This document shows, piece after piece, positions 41,757 to 56,979 of a stretch of 64,000 nt of DNA. Source of the stretch: the human T2T-CHM13v2.0 reference genome, Homo sapiens. Under the pieces are notes generated by a model, which saw only the letters and a list, made by a program, of their open reading frames with translations, did no database searches and was not told the origin of the DNA. The stretch is taken from assembly GCF_009914755.1 (NCBI RefSeq), contig NC_060947.1, one strand, 5' to 3'. The number at the start of each line of letters is the position of its first letter. The first letter of the stretch is position 1. Made by a program: the position numbers and the translations under genes.

Positions 41757-42722
41757 GGATTGACACATAGTAGGTACTTAGTAAATATTTGTTGAAAGAG
41801 CTGTATATGCTGTCAGAGGATCAGAAAGAGGAGCCTACTTCTTATCTCTTCTTTGTCCTTTTAGTAACTTTCTTCATGTTTTGTACATGACAGAAACATT
41901 CCACTGGCTAGTTGGAAGAACATAATTGTGTTTGTTCTATTTTAATTAAATCTTGTTACAAAATATATGTGACATAAATGGAGTTATCTCTTTTGCAAAT
42001 GGGTGATATAATGGGTTTGCATCCCATTAAGCTTTATAAAATGTTGTTACGTCATACAGTGTGACAAGCAAGAACAGCTCATAGCTTAAAAACTGGAATC
42101 ATTTGAATTGCCTTTATTCAGGATTGTGGAATTTTTATCATAAGATCACAGTAGGCTAAGTGCTTTACCTTAGGGTAACTGAAATGTGATCCCCACTGTG
42201 GGAATTTGTGCCTCAAAGAATGGCATCTTTCCATTTGTGTACAACTGTGAATGACGATTTTTGTGTCTCTCTCTTTCAAAATACAGTTTTATGCTAAAAT
42301 TTAAATGCTGCTTTTCAAGATAAATTTGTATAAACTTTCTGCTGGGATTCAGAATTTCTGGTGCTAGTCTCAGTATGGTTTGTGTAACTAAATGTAAACT
42401 ACTCTTCAATGTGCTAATTTTGAAAAAGGACCATATTCTTAACAACATATGCTGCCTCAATCTTTGATTTAAAGTATCACTAATTTTTTACTCATTAAAG
42501 AGTTGAAGAGGAAACTCAACAACCTGGAAAAGTTATTCTGGGCACAAATGGATGTCAAAATATTAATATTCCTACATGACACTATAACAGTTCACATAAG
42601 ATACTTGATTGTTGATTTTAGTTTAAACAGAAAGATCAATATTGATTTGAATACAATAGAACTTTCTCAATCGTGATTGAAATAATCGAAAGATCCTCTG
42701 TGCTATATTGCCACTTTCTTAC

Positions 42723-42841
42723 CTGTTTTCTATACCCACTTAAATTTGGCCTTTTTCCATTATTTCAGATGTGCCGCTTGTCTACCACCAACTCATACAT
42801 TATCTCTAATAAGCAACTCTATCTCAAAGAATACGAACATT
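42723..42841 (-). other. Candidate exon (119 nt)
   Basis: Acceptor tgtttttcag| and near-consensus donor CAG|gtaaga in unique sequence. All three frames contain stops. Confidence 0.35.
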
Positions 42842-42978
42842 CTGAAAAACATTCTTAGTTATAATTCTCATGGTCCAGATATTTGTATGTGTTGTTGCAT
42901 CCAAAAAAAAACTCATCTAAAAAGAATCTTCACCAAAATATGGCCTAGCAGTGAGGCTGGCACTTTTGGATATTCTAG

Positions 42979-43416
<438 letters not shown>

Positions 43417-44249
43417 AATCCTTTTAAAGATAAAATGTAGCAACAACTAGATAATTTCTCTGATGATGCAATATTGGCAGTGCCATAGACAATAGAAATT
43501 ATGACCAAAATTAAGTTCTCTAAAGCTTTCTGACATGCAAAACAAACCACAGTAATTTCATAATTTCCCCCCTTGGCAAACCACAAGGTAATAATTCTCA
43601 ACTTTTTCCCTAAGAATTACTTGTGCAATTTAGTAAAATGCAGATTCCATGGCCTTTCATGGCCCTGAAAAATTTTCATTTTTAACAAACTACTGGTATA
43701 TGCACATATATCCACATAAATTGAGAAAAATAATGACTTTCCTTAGAAGTCAACTGAAGAAAAATCACAACTGAAGTTAAATTGCCCTCAAGACCTAGTA
43801 GTTATTTGTATTTCTTGCTTTGCATACCTCATAACTTACCTCATAATTAGGTATGAAAGAGGCACACAGAAAACCAATTGAGAGTGTTGATGGAATAGTA
43901 ATGAAGAGTCTGATAAAGGCTAATCTTCCACAGATTAAGCCAAACCTTTGCAAAATGTATTTCGTAGTTCACAAGAAAGGGTTCTGTGGGCAAACACCTT
44001 TGCAAAACACTGCTTCCCTTTCTTCCTATGGGGAATTTCCAATCACACTAAAAACTCTTAGTAGTTCTTCAGTAAAGAGAACTGTTTAGTTTTGGCCCAG
44101 CATCCCACATGGTTATTTTATCACAGAACTATTTTTTTCTCCCACAAAAACCTACAAAGATACAACTGAACAAATGTTTCTTGTGTATATGTTAAACTAA
44201 ATCACTAATTATATTTCACATAGGAACACATAATCAAATATTTGAACCA

Positions 44250-46720
44250 TGGATACACAAAAAATAAAAAGCAAGAAATTAAATCATACCACAACGGAAA
44301 ATCACCTTTACTAAAAGGAAAACAAGAAGGAAGGAAAGAAGGAAGAGGAGAACACAAAACAAACAAAAAACAAATAAAAAAATGACAGAGGTAAGTATTT
44401 ACTTGTCAGTAACAACATTGATTGAAAATGAACTAAACTCATCAATCAAAAGACATATAGTGACTGAATGGTTAAAAAACAAAAGAAGATGCAGTGTTCT
44501 GTTTACTACAGGATACACATTTCACCTATGAGGACAAACATGGTCTAAAAATAAAGGAATGGAAAAAAGATATTCCGTGGCAAAAGAAACCCAAAAAGAG
44601 CAGGAGTAGCTATACTTATATCAGACAAAATAGACTTCAAGACAAAAACTGTAAGAGACAAAGAAGGTCATTATGTAATGAAAAAGGGGTCAACTCAGCA
44701 AGAGGATGTAACAATTTTAAATATATATGCACTCAACACTGGAGCACTCTGATATATAAATAAAAGTAGAGCTAAAGAGATAGGCCCCGATATGATAATA
44801 GCTGGAGACTCCAAACCCCACTTTCATCATTGAACAGATCTTCCGGGCAGAAAATCAACAAAGAAACATCAAACCTAATGTGCTCTATAAACCAAATGGA
44901 CCTAATAGATATTTACAGAACACTTCATTCAAGAACTGCAGAATACACATTATTTTCCTTAGCACATAGATTATTCTCAAGGATAAACCACAGGTTAAGT
45001 CACAAAACAAGACTTCAAACTTTCAAAAAGTTGAAATAATATTAACTATCTTCTCGACAAAAGGGAATAAAACTAGAAATCAATAAAAAGAGGGATTTGG
45101 GAAACTATTTAAACATATGGAAATTAAATATACTCCTGAAGGACCAGGCAGTGAATGAAAAAAAGAAAATTGAAAAAAATTCTTAAAAACGTATAATGTA
45201 AGCACAACATACCAGAACCTATGGGATACAGTGAAAACAGTACTAAAAGGGAAATATGTAGCTATAAGGGCCTACATCAATGGATGAAAAAAAAACTTTA
45301 AATAATCGAATTAGGCATACTGAAGAACAGGAAAAGGAAGAGCAAACCAAACCCAAAATTAGTAGAAGAAAAGAAATATTAAAGATGGCAGTAGAACAGA
45401 AAAACAAAACAAAAGATCGATGAAACAAAAAGTTGTTTTTTAAAAAAGATAAACAAAATTAATAAAATTGTAGGCAGACTAAGAAAAGACCAAAATACAA
45501 AAGAGATAAAAAGGTCACATTACAGCTGATACTGCAGAAATTCAAAGGATCATTAGTGGCTACTATGAGCACCTATCTGTCAGTGAATTGGAAAATCTAT
45601 AAGAAATGGGTAAAGTTCTAGACACATACAGCCTACCATGATTAAATCATGAAGAAATTCCAAATCTGAACAGACCATTTACAAGTAAGAAGATTGAAGT
45701 CATAACAAAAAGCCACTCAGTAAAGAAAAGCCTAGGACCCAAAAGTACAAGTGACAAAACAATTAATTGGACTTTATCAAAATTAAATACTTTTGTACTA
45801 TAAAAGACACCATCAATAAAGTGAAACTTACAGGATGGAAGAAAATATTCAGAAATCATACACCTTATTGTTTTAGATTAGATAAATAATACAACACAAT
45901 CATATTGTATATAAATAAATGGGCAAAGTATGTGAATAAACATTTCTTCAAAGAAAACGTACAAATGGCCAAGCACATGAAAAAGATGCTGAAATTCATT
46001 AGCTATCAAGGAAATACAAATGAAAGCCACAATGAGATACCTACCACTTCACAACTACTAGGATGGCTATATTAAAACAGACATAATAATAAGTATTAGC
46101 ACATTTGTGTTTGCTGGTGGTCACCTAAAATGGTGCAGCCACTTTGGAAAACAATTCCACAAAAAAAGTTAACCATAAAGTTATACAACTCAGGAATTCC
46201 ATTCCTAGGCATATACTCAAAATAACTTAGAACATAGGTCCACACAAAAAAACCTGTATGCAAATGTTCATAGCAGTATTGCTCATGGTAACCAGAAGAC
46301 GGGACAACCCAATTGTCCATCAACAAATAAATACATAAACAACATGCGATATAGCCACACGATGAAATATTATCAAAATAAAAAGAAAGTAAATATTGCC
46401 ATGCACTACAACATAAATAAACATCAAAAACCTTATGTCCAATCAAGGAAGTCAGGTTCAAAAGGCTGCATATTGTATAATTTAATTTATCTGAAATGCC
46501 TATAATTTATATGAAATGTTCGTAAAGACAAAAAGTAGATTAATAGTTGCCTGACTTGGGTATGGAAATGAAAGTTGTCTGCAAATAGGCATAAGGGATC
46601 TTATTGGGATGGTGAGAATTTTCTAAAAATTGAGATGATAGTTGAACAACTCAGCAAATTTACTAAAATTTACTGAAATACACTTAAAATGACTTCTACA
46701 AGATTTATGATTTCCTTTAT
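44250..46720 (+). mobile_element. L1M fragments (ORF2 endonuclease region joined to a 3' end at ~45740)
   Basis: ORFs 44494-44763 and 44830-45039 are L1 EN-like (LQDTHF; QKINKET..L...INQMDLIDIYRTLH...AEYTLFS.AH..FSRINH.L.HK), followed by an L1M 3' region. Confidence 0.88.
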
Positions 46721-48282
46721 AATGCTGTTCATACTGTCAAACGTTCATTCAATTATTTAGTAGGGTTTTTTGGTCTATCTCCTTCTAATAGACTGCAAGC
46801 TACATAAAGAATCATGTCTGTCTTATTCACCACGGTATTGTCAACACTTTGCACAGTACCTAGCAAATAGTAGGTACTCAGCTAATATTTAGTGAATAAA
46901 TTTTTTTCCCTGTGGAATTCTTTGTTATCATAAAAATTGGAAGTGACTTAAGTGACTGACTATATGAAAAGACTAAAGAATTTATGGTAAGTGTCTAATA
47001 TTAAATATTATGACATGCTTTCAAAATAATGTAGAGCTACATGTACTGCCATTGAAAAAAGCTAAGATTAAAGTTAAGTAAAAAACTGCATCACAAAATA
47101 GCATACTTAGTGTCAAGATTAAGATCATGAATTTGAATCCTGACTTTGCCATTTAGTATCTTATGATCTTGGACAAGTTACGTACCTGATTAGCACCCCA
47201 AAACAATATGCTGAAATGCAGGCTGCTAACCAAATATTTATTCCTCCTATTTTTATTAATGGTCACTTAATTCTGCTTGAAATATCTTTCTTCTCATCTA
47301 CTTTTCTTGGTTACATACATTTGCTCTTTTATATCCAGATTAGGGTTCACTTTTTCTAGGAAGCCTTTTGGCCCATTCATATCCAGAATAGGTGAGGTAT
47401 GCATCTACTATACCCTTGTAATACCCACTGTTGAATTATAACATAGGATTTATTTGAATGAATTAGGGTGGTGACTTTATTTGTAAATTTTCCGCCCTTA
47501 AGTATCAGCTCCTTGTGGGAACGAGACTATTTCTAATTCACTTCTATATCAAGAGTACCTATTAAAATGCCTGGTACAATGTGATTCACTTAATTTTGGT
47601 GGATGTAATTCATTCATTCGTCTATACATTAGTCACTTTTTCAAGAGAACATGTCTGGACAGTAAATGGTAGTGTTTGGACCCAAACACATATCTTTTTA
47701 TTTTATGTTTAAGGTTTTTTCCATTGTAACATTCTATAATATCTTACATTTTCTCTAGGATACCAAATCTCAAAAAGCACTTCTAAATATGAAATTATCT
47801 TATTTAATTATCACAAATGCTCTGGTAAATTATCAGTAGTGTTCTCATTTACAGATGTGGTACATAGAGGTAAAATACTTTGCCCAAAGTAACAAAGTTA
47901 GAGTGGCAGTAGTGACAGAACTAAACCATGTTTCTCACACTGCCTATTGATTTTCTTTCCACTCAATCATACTGTATGGATGAATTGATTAAGTTTTTTA
48001 TTGGCTTAGAGATGAATAGCAATAACTTTACACTGATCCTATTTATTTATAGAGAGCTTCTAAGATGTCAATACAAACAACTTTAGGATTGTGGCAACTT
48101 TTTCTTCACTCCCATTATGTAAGCAGAGAAATGAGGCATCCCCTTTGAAAGATAAACTTGTCAAAACCCATTATTTTGTTACATTTTGTTAGTATTGTCA
48201 TTTCTTTAATTACTATTGAAGTGGTACGGTTTTTATGTACTTATTGAACATTTTAAAATTTATTCTTTTGTGACTCACATAT

Positions 48283-48542
48283 TTTTTTTCTTTCCAACTT
48301 TTATTGTAGGTTCAAGGGGTACATGTGCAGGTTTGGTACATAGGTAAATTTTATCTTGCAGAGGTATAGTGTACAGATAATTTTGTCACCCTGCTAATCG
48401 GCATGATACCCAATAAGCAGTTTTTCCTCCTTCCACCCTCCACCCTTGAAAACCAAATACTGCATGTTCTCACTTCTAGTGAGAGCTAAACACTGAGGAT
48501 CTGTGGACTCAAAGAAGGAAAAAATAGACACTGAGGCCATTT
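48283..48542 (-). mobile_element. Short L1P 3' end with 5' inversion
   Basis: 48283-~48447 is the L1 3' terminus in antisense, with poly-T. ~48448-48542 is the adjacent upstream L1 3'UTR segment in sense orientation. Confidence 0.85.
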
Positions 48543-50029
48543 AAGTGGCTTTCAAGTGACCGTCTTTTGTCATTGAACTTCAAGTTGACAGTGAGATGTC
48601 ATGTGAAAGTTATGAAATTATGCACTTCATTGATGGAGTGTGTAATTAAAAAAATTTATTTAGGAATCTTTAGTAGTTAACTTGCTGTTCGACCAACATT
48701 TTACAAATCAGGAATATTTTATCAAATATTACAGTCAAAGGTTTGAGTCCTACATTCCTCTTTATTTTGTCTTCTCCTCAAACATTTGCTAAGGAACAGA
48801 TTTACTTTGACATGAAAATGTTTAATCTCAGCTAGTTAGTTTGAACAGTGATTTAATGACAGCTAGCCGGGTAAATAGGCTAGTTATGTATTATGAACAT
48901 GAAGTCCTGTACTCTACATAATCATCTGGATACATCTTTAAATCATATAAATTGTAGATGATCATAGAAATACTGAGATTATCTGTGCCTGCTGCTTTTC
49001 AGAGACAGAGGCTTTAGGTCAACGAAGATACTCAGATATATGAATAAACTTGGTTGAACACCACTGCCATTAGAAATACCCTAGTACTTGAGGAGACAAT
49101 CTCCATTTCTCTATAATTGTTTCTGGCCTAATTATTTTTTCTTGCTTAATATAAGAAGACTGTTAGATATAGTAGACTGGACATCAACTTAAGCTCAATT
49201 TCGAAAGGGCAGTTTTTCATTTTTAAGGCATAATTATCTATGGATAATTAGCTGCAGGTGGCAAAATAATAGACACAGTTCACTACACATGAAATTAGCC
49301 AACTGTTGGCTTTCTGGGCTAGTTTACAGAGAAATTGACCACTTGAAAGTTATTTAGTGAGTTCAAGTAGCAAATTACACATAATTATTTGATGATCTAA
49401 TTATTCCACATGCAGTTAATTTTGAACTGACAATTGTGTGTGATTAATAGAATGGCTGTGTAAGCTCATTTATTATAAAGGTATCTTGTAAGCTTGCCTA
49501 GAACACTGAGGGGATAATGTAAGATCATGCAGATGTTACAAATCTTTCCAGACAGCCAGGAAGGTTTGGGAAATTAAAGAATCGGGGAACACATATTAAG
49601 CACCTACTCTGTGCCAGGCACCATTCTTGGCACTGGGAATACAAAGAGAAACAAGATACAATCTTTGTTCTTTAGCCACTTTTACACAGATCTGTATAAA
49701 ATATGTCAACCGTTATGTTGTAATAGTTATGAAATTAAGTGCTATAGGAATTCTGATAAAAGTGACAACTTATTTTAAATCTGTATACATACTCCATTTC
49801 TACTTTTAGTCTAAGTTACTGTAATTACATGTCTAAATTTTTGCATGGCCAGCCACTCCTTAGTCATCTGGCTCTCTGCTCATATATTATATTTTCAGAG
49901 ATACCCTATTCATCACTCATTTAAATGACGTCACCATTCTAATCCTTGGTCATTTGTTCTATTGTTTTATAGCTCACATTATTACCTGACATTATTTTAT
50001 GTATTTATATTTGTATTAACTATCTCCAC

Positions 50030-50492
50030 AGAAGTCATTTGCAACAAATTGAATGGAACTGGAGATGGTTATATTAAGTAAAATAAGCCAGGCACCAAAA
50101 GACAAACATTGCATGGTTTCACTTATTTGTGGGATCTAAGAATCAAAACAATTGAACTCATAGACATAGAGAGTAGAAGGATGGTTACCATAGTCTGGGA
50201 AGTGTAGTGTGATGCTGGGGATGGGGAATGGTTAATGTGTACAAAAAAATAGAAAGAATGAATAAAACCTACTATGATAGCACAACAGCATGACTATAAT
50301 CAATAATAAGTTAAAGAGTGTAATTGGATTGTTTGTAACTCAAAGGGTAAGTGCTTGAAGAGAAGGATACTCCATTTTTCCATGATGTGCTTATTTCACA
50401 TTGCATACATGTATCAAAACATCTCATGTACCCCATAAACATATATACCTACTGTATACCTACAACAATAAAAATGTTTAAATAATTGAAAA
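50030..50492 (+). mobile_element. L1MA 3' end
   Basis: 'gtcatttgcaacaa...gaactggag...ataagccaggcac...catctcatgtaccccataaacatatatacctact'. Confidence 0.9.
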
Positions 50493-51138
50493 AAATTATT
50501 CCAACTGAAGAAGCATATTACAGCTGACTGAATGCAGAAATAGGAAAATGTAGTGTTTTCTATTTAGGCAGGCACCTAAGACTAGAAGTCCTCACTTCTA
50601 ACTATTTTGAAATGTACAATACATTGTTTTTAAGTATAGTCAACCTACTCTACTCTCGAACATTAGAGCTTATTTCTTTTATCTACCTGTATGTTTCCAG
50701 CCATTAACCAGTCAGTCTCTCTTTATCTCCCTCCACACACTCACATTCTCCCCTGCCTCTGGTAATTATCTTTCTAAAGTTTATAAGATAAACTTTTTCC
50801 TATTTTTTCTTATTAATGGCTTCACAAGGAACATATTTCAATTAAAACTTTTATTTCCTATTTGTGTAATTTCTTAACAGAAAGGGGCCATATCATGCCT
50901 CACTATTATGAATATACAAGATGAAATATGTAAAATTGCATAATGCACAGATGTAGCAGTTAAAGAAGGCCACAGATCTCAGGGAGAATTCCATGATCTG
51001 TATCCCTGTATTCCATCCTGTATCAAACAAGATGATGGGCTGGTATTTCATGTAATGATTTTCAGTTTTAATCTTCTTAAGAGTTAAATATTGCTTCTTT
51101 CTACTTTACATTTTTTCTACTGTCATCTAATTTTTCTA

Positions 51139-51745
<607 letters not shown>

Positions 51746-51855
51746 AAACCCATTGTTTGGATCCAATATTTTTGTTTGTTTTTGCAAGCTGATGAATTCG
51801 TATTAATATCTCATGGCTAGAGTTCTGAAATAAAAGCTATAAAAGCTATAGGATC

Positions 51856-51889
<34 letters not shown>

Positions 51890-54800
51890 TGCATGTGCAC
51901 GTGTACTAAAAAGGCTTTTATGATTTTTTGTTTTGTTTTCTTTCCTATGACCTTGTTCTTCTTGAGAAAATTGTTCTTTAATTGTTTTTAACAACCTGAC
52001 ATCCCTTAAAGAAAACAGAGAAGGCACCAGACTCATTTTTGGGGAGAATCCTTTTTTGCCTTATGGAACCCCAAGAGCATAAACAGACAAGTTTCCTCTC
52101 AGATCTTAAACTGCTTGCTTTTGTGTTACGTTATCTGTTTTTTTTTTTTTTTTTTTTCCAACTAAAGTAGTTACTACAACAGAGGCTACTCCTGGATGTT
52201 TAAAATAAGAGAGAGTGTAGCTTAGACACTTAGAGAAATGTCTTATAAAAAAAAGAGGGAAGGGAGGGCACTGTGAAAGCATAGACTAGCCTCATCATAA
52301 TTCTCTTTAAGGAGACCCAGAATACAGTGTGAGTTCTGTCCAGAGCTCAGAAGTCAAGTTAAACGATGGAGACTAAAATTAGAACTACCCATCTAAATAA
52401 AATTGATCTTCTTTTACAATCCTATGATAGATTTCTATAATTTTCTGTTTAACTTGGCAATTAAATCCATTTTAATTTCGTTCTAGCACACCAGACTTTC
52501 TCTCTGTACTTTGAGATGTAAATTTTGCTGTCTGATTTTTCACCTAAGAGTTGTTTCCTTTAATATGAAAATTTAGGGCTATCTAGCTGACAACTGCCTA
52601 GGGTAATGAGGCAGATTATCAAGAATTTGGAAGTTAAAAATAGAAAAAAAAAGGTCTTATGAATGTAATATGTACTTCTATAGGCATGTATTTGTGTCAT
52701 GTACATAATGTTTCACTGCTAAAATATATACAAAAGAGCTCTAATTAGTTTAAAGAAAAATAAAAGTGTTTAAATCAAATACTTTAACAGAAAAACAAGA
52801 CTAAGTTAAATGCTTTTTTCAAGTTCACTTGACTTCAGTGAAATCTTTAATAAATAAACTGGCTTTAAATTATTGGTAAAATAATATTAGAAATGTCTTA
52901 AGAATTGTTAGCATTTTTGTTTGCATTTATTAAGTGGTTTCATACTTATCCATGCAGATTATGATAAGGTGTCAAAATCTGCCATAAAGGTTATAAGACT
53001 ATAAACCTAGCCCAAACAGAATGGCCTTTGCTTATGTAATTTTTGATAAACAAAATATTTTATATTGTTGGTTTAATGAAAACAGCTAAGTCCTGGGTTA
53101 TTGTTAAAAAAAATCCTCATATTTAACCATAAGCTTTCTTACTCAGCGAAACACCTGAAATTCATAGGTTATAAAAAAAGCTTAACTTTAAGATATGACA
53201 GTCACAAGTTTTATAAATAATCGAGGTAAATTATTAAATAATTAAGTAAATGTAATTGAATAAATGTTTTTAAACAAACTTGTCATATAATATAGGCTCT
53301 AAGGTAATTAATAGATAGTAATTAAATGGGTAATTTTCAATTTAAAAATTATGGAAAAACATTTTCTTAAAATGTGTTCTTATTAAAAGGTAAATATTTT
53401 TGTCTAATTCAAAGTTTATTTAAAGATTATGTATACAACAAGGTAAAAGGAACTAGAAAATAAAAGATAAAAAGAAAGCTGTAGATATAAAGAGGCATTT
53501 TTGGTAAGGAAGGTAAAAAGAAAAGTAATTCTATGTGAGAAATAATCTTTTATGGTGAATTTTTGCCCTAAAATAAAATGACTGGGTTGTTCAAGAAGGA
53601 AAAATATTTAGGACAAGTGAGAAAGTCAAAGCATGTTGTGAACAGTCTAAGTTGTAACAGGGTAGAAAAGAAATTTATGAAAATGTTATGTGATTAATTG
53701 GCTTTAATTTTTAAAAATTATAATAGCTTTTCGAAAATTGAACTTTGATATTACAAATACATGAATACAAAACTAAAGAATTAGTTAAAACAATATTTTA
53801 TTAAAAATATTGACTTATTTTTAATGCAGGAAGTTTTTCAGTTCTAAATTGTATAATCTGTCTCTTTGAGATTCTTCAGATTGATATTTCAGAAGCTCAG
53901 CTCTTTCTCTATTGAAAAGGCCTTGGATGATAACTCCTTCACCTTTTTTTGGCTCCTATAACTTTTTAAATTAATTGTCTAAAGTAAGGGAGATAATATT
54001 TTCTGAAAGCAGGCAAATGAAAAATCTTTTGAACCTGCCTTTTTACTCTGCATGCCTATTATATCTATGTTTATATGTGTCATGTGGAAGTGATATTTCA
54101 CTATTATGCTATATGAAAGAGCTAATCAATGGACTTAAAGGAAAAAAGGTAAGGGCTTATCAGACTGTTAGAAGCTAGCTCAGATACCATTTAGTTCACA
54201 TTACCTTGTTCTTCTTTGGTAAAATTTTAAACTCAAAACTCTCTCTAGTAATTTCAAATCTTAAAGTCATGTTATGTTAAATTAAGTAATCTTTTTTTTC
54301 ACTGAGAAATTGGGTTACTAAGTAAGTTAAAATAGTAGGAGTGTCAAAAGTGTTTTGGTAAAGTTATAAAACATAAAGATGTCAATTTTGCTTTAAAAAT
54401 GTAGTTTTCTAGTAAGGAAACTATTTAAGAGTTGCTTTAAAATGAAGGGAAAATTATACAGATAAAACTAAATGGATTTTAAAAATTAGGCCATGGCATC
54501 AAGTTAGCTCTGAGAATTGTGGTTACCAAGAAGATAGTCAATATGGGGGAAGGGCAAAACCAAGTAACTATTAAAACCACAGAGTATAATGTAAAAGATT
54601 TGTTGCATTTTGTAGATTGGTATCATCAGCTTCTTGAGAAATCTTTACTATAATGGACTGTAAAGATAACCTCTTTAAAGACAAAATTCTTAATTTTAAA
54701 TACTGGAGAATAAAATAGTTTGGGTTGGTACAGAACCTGCAGCTCACTATTAAATAGTCACTGATGAGTATATGCGACCCAAATGCATGGGAGGTTATTC

Positions 54801-55995
54801 CTGAGAGAACAACTGGCCTAGTGGACCAGATAAACACCACTTTAATATCTGTTTGCCCTGAGAAGGGGACTGCCTGCCTCTTCCTATAAAATGCTAAGTG
54901 GAACACCCCAGATGAAGCAACTAATATGCTTCATATGCAAGCCATGTGTAACTGGCTTTATGATGACCATGATATTCTCCCACTGAATATGCCTGTTAAC
55001 CCAGGTCATGGTAAATTTTGGGGTTAAGGCGGCCCGTTTTACATGGGCACCCCTCCCATAGAATCATAGGACTGTCCGAGAAGACTTATCAAATTTGCCG
55101 TCTCTCATGGATCTTACAGATGCAACTTTCTGCTGGGCACCCAAACCCATCTTCACCAGAAAAGGTAAAATGGTCTGGGGAGAGAAAAAAATAAGTTCCT
55201 GGGACCAAAACATAAAAACATACAGGTTAATAGAATTATTAAATTTACGATGTTTAAACAGGCTTTATGTAAGGTAGTTTTAACCCCTCTACCTAAATGT
55301 CTTGTGAAAATGGGTATTTGACAAGGGGAGGTTTTTCATATCTAGTACTATAAAACTGAAGGCATGTAAATCTTCTCTTTGAGAAATGTTAATTGGACAC
55401 TCTGTGAACCAGTAAGATTGCCTGAGCTCACAGACTATAGGGTAAAAGCTAGAGGGGTAGTGAGGACGAATCATCCACTTCATAGCCCTTTGTAGAGCAT
55501 TTATTGGGGCTTATGGCAAAAGACTGCGAGCACTTCCCAGTGACAATTACTATACTAGAGAATTTTCACTTGAGTGGCATTTACTGTCTTGCTATGGATT
55601 GTTAACTGAAGCTACCCTATGCTAATGGAAATAATGGTGCCCGTAAGAGTTCCATGATAAAAATGGTTTATATAGGATCTTGCTGCCTGGGGATACAAGG
55701 AGGAGATACCCATGACAGGAGGCCTTTTTTTTCCCCGCTAGGACTGACTCTAACTGTGTGAGGAGCTGCTAAATTCTACAACACCTAATAGCTCCTACCT
55801 AACAAGAGCTGCTTAACATGTAAACGGCAGTCCCAAGGTGAACAGATGTCTTGTTTGGAAGGCTGCTATTCTGGTTAAAGGGTCAAGAAAATCATTTTCT
55901 TTTGAGTTATTTGGGTGAAGTATGTTTTTGTAAACAAATTTACCTTTCTCTCTGAGTTCTCCAAAATTTGGATTGTGATTTTATGAAAATATAGT

Positions 55996-56623
55996 TGTTA
56001 CCGGAAAGGGGACCCAATCCAGACCCCCAAGCGAGGGTTCTTGGATCTCACAAGGATTCAGGGCGAGTCCATAGAGCTATAAAGTAAAAGTAAGTTTGTT
56101 AAGAAAGGAATAAAAGAATGGCTACTCTATAGGCAGAGCAGCAGCTTGGGCTGCTGGACTAAGGATACTTATAATAATTTCATGATTATATGCTAAACAA
56201 GGGGTGGATTATTCATGAGTTTTCTGAGAAACGGGTGGGCAATTCCCAGAACTGAGGGTTCCTCCCATTTTTAGAGCATATAGCGTAACTTCCTGACACT
56301 GCCATGGCATTTTGAAACTATCATGATGCTGATGGGAGTGTGTTTTAGCATGCTAATGCAATATAATTAGCATATAATGAGCAGTGAGGACCACCAGAGG
56401 TCACTTTCATTACCATCTTGGTTTCGGTGGGATTTGGCCAGCTTCTTTACCACAACCTGTTTTATCAGCAAGGACTTTATGACCTGTATCTTGTGCCAAC
56501 CTCTTCTCTCATCTTGTGACTTAAAATGGCTAACCTCCTGGGAATGCAGCCCCGTACGTCCCAGCCTTATTTTACCCAGCCCCTATTCAAGATGGAGTCG
56601 CTCTGGTTTAAACAACTCTGAAA
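55996..56623 (-). mobile_element. MER41B solo LTR
   Basis: The minus strand reads ...ccagagcgactccatcttgaataggggctgggtaaaataaggctg... and ends cccctttccggtaaca. The flanks are tagt/cagt. Confidence 0.95.
56222..56251. promoter_or_regulatory. Tandem GAS (STAT) motifs in MER41B
   Basis: TTCTGAGAA at 56222-56230 and TTCCCAGAA at 56243-56251 both fit TTCN3GAA. Confidence 0.6.
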
Positions 56624-56944
56624 CAGTTATTTGCGTAAGTTTAGTAAGAGTCTTTTAAAACAGAACAATTGGAGACACTGGTTATTTTATCAAGATTTTG
56701 ACTAAAATAGCATATTTTTAGGTAAAGTTCCAGAAAAGCCAAATAAAAAGGAGTTTATATGGCTAATACATTCTTGCTGCATTTTATACAAATAATCAGG
56801 CCAAGTACGATAAGCCTATATTTATTTTGTACACAAATTGTTCTTACTATAATTTCTCTTCAATAGGAATGGAGGGCTCAAAAGAGAGAGAAATTGTTTC
56901 AGTGAAAAAGTAAAATACTTGATACTAGATTACAGCCCTACCTT

Positions 56945-56979
<35 letters not shown>

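Noticed and set aside
53975-55483. ORFs within the MER4 internal region as gag/pol genes
   Set aside because: They are short frames without recognisable retroviral motifs in a decayed non-coding internal sequence.
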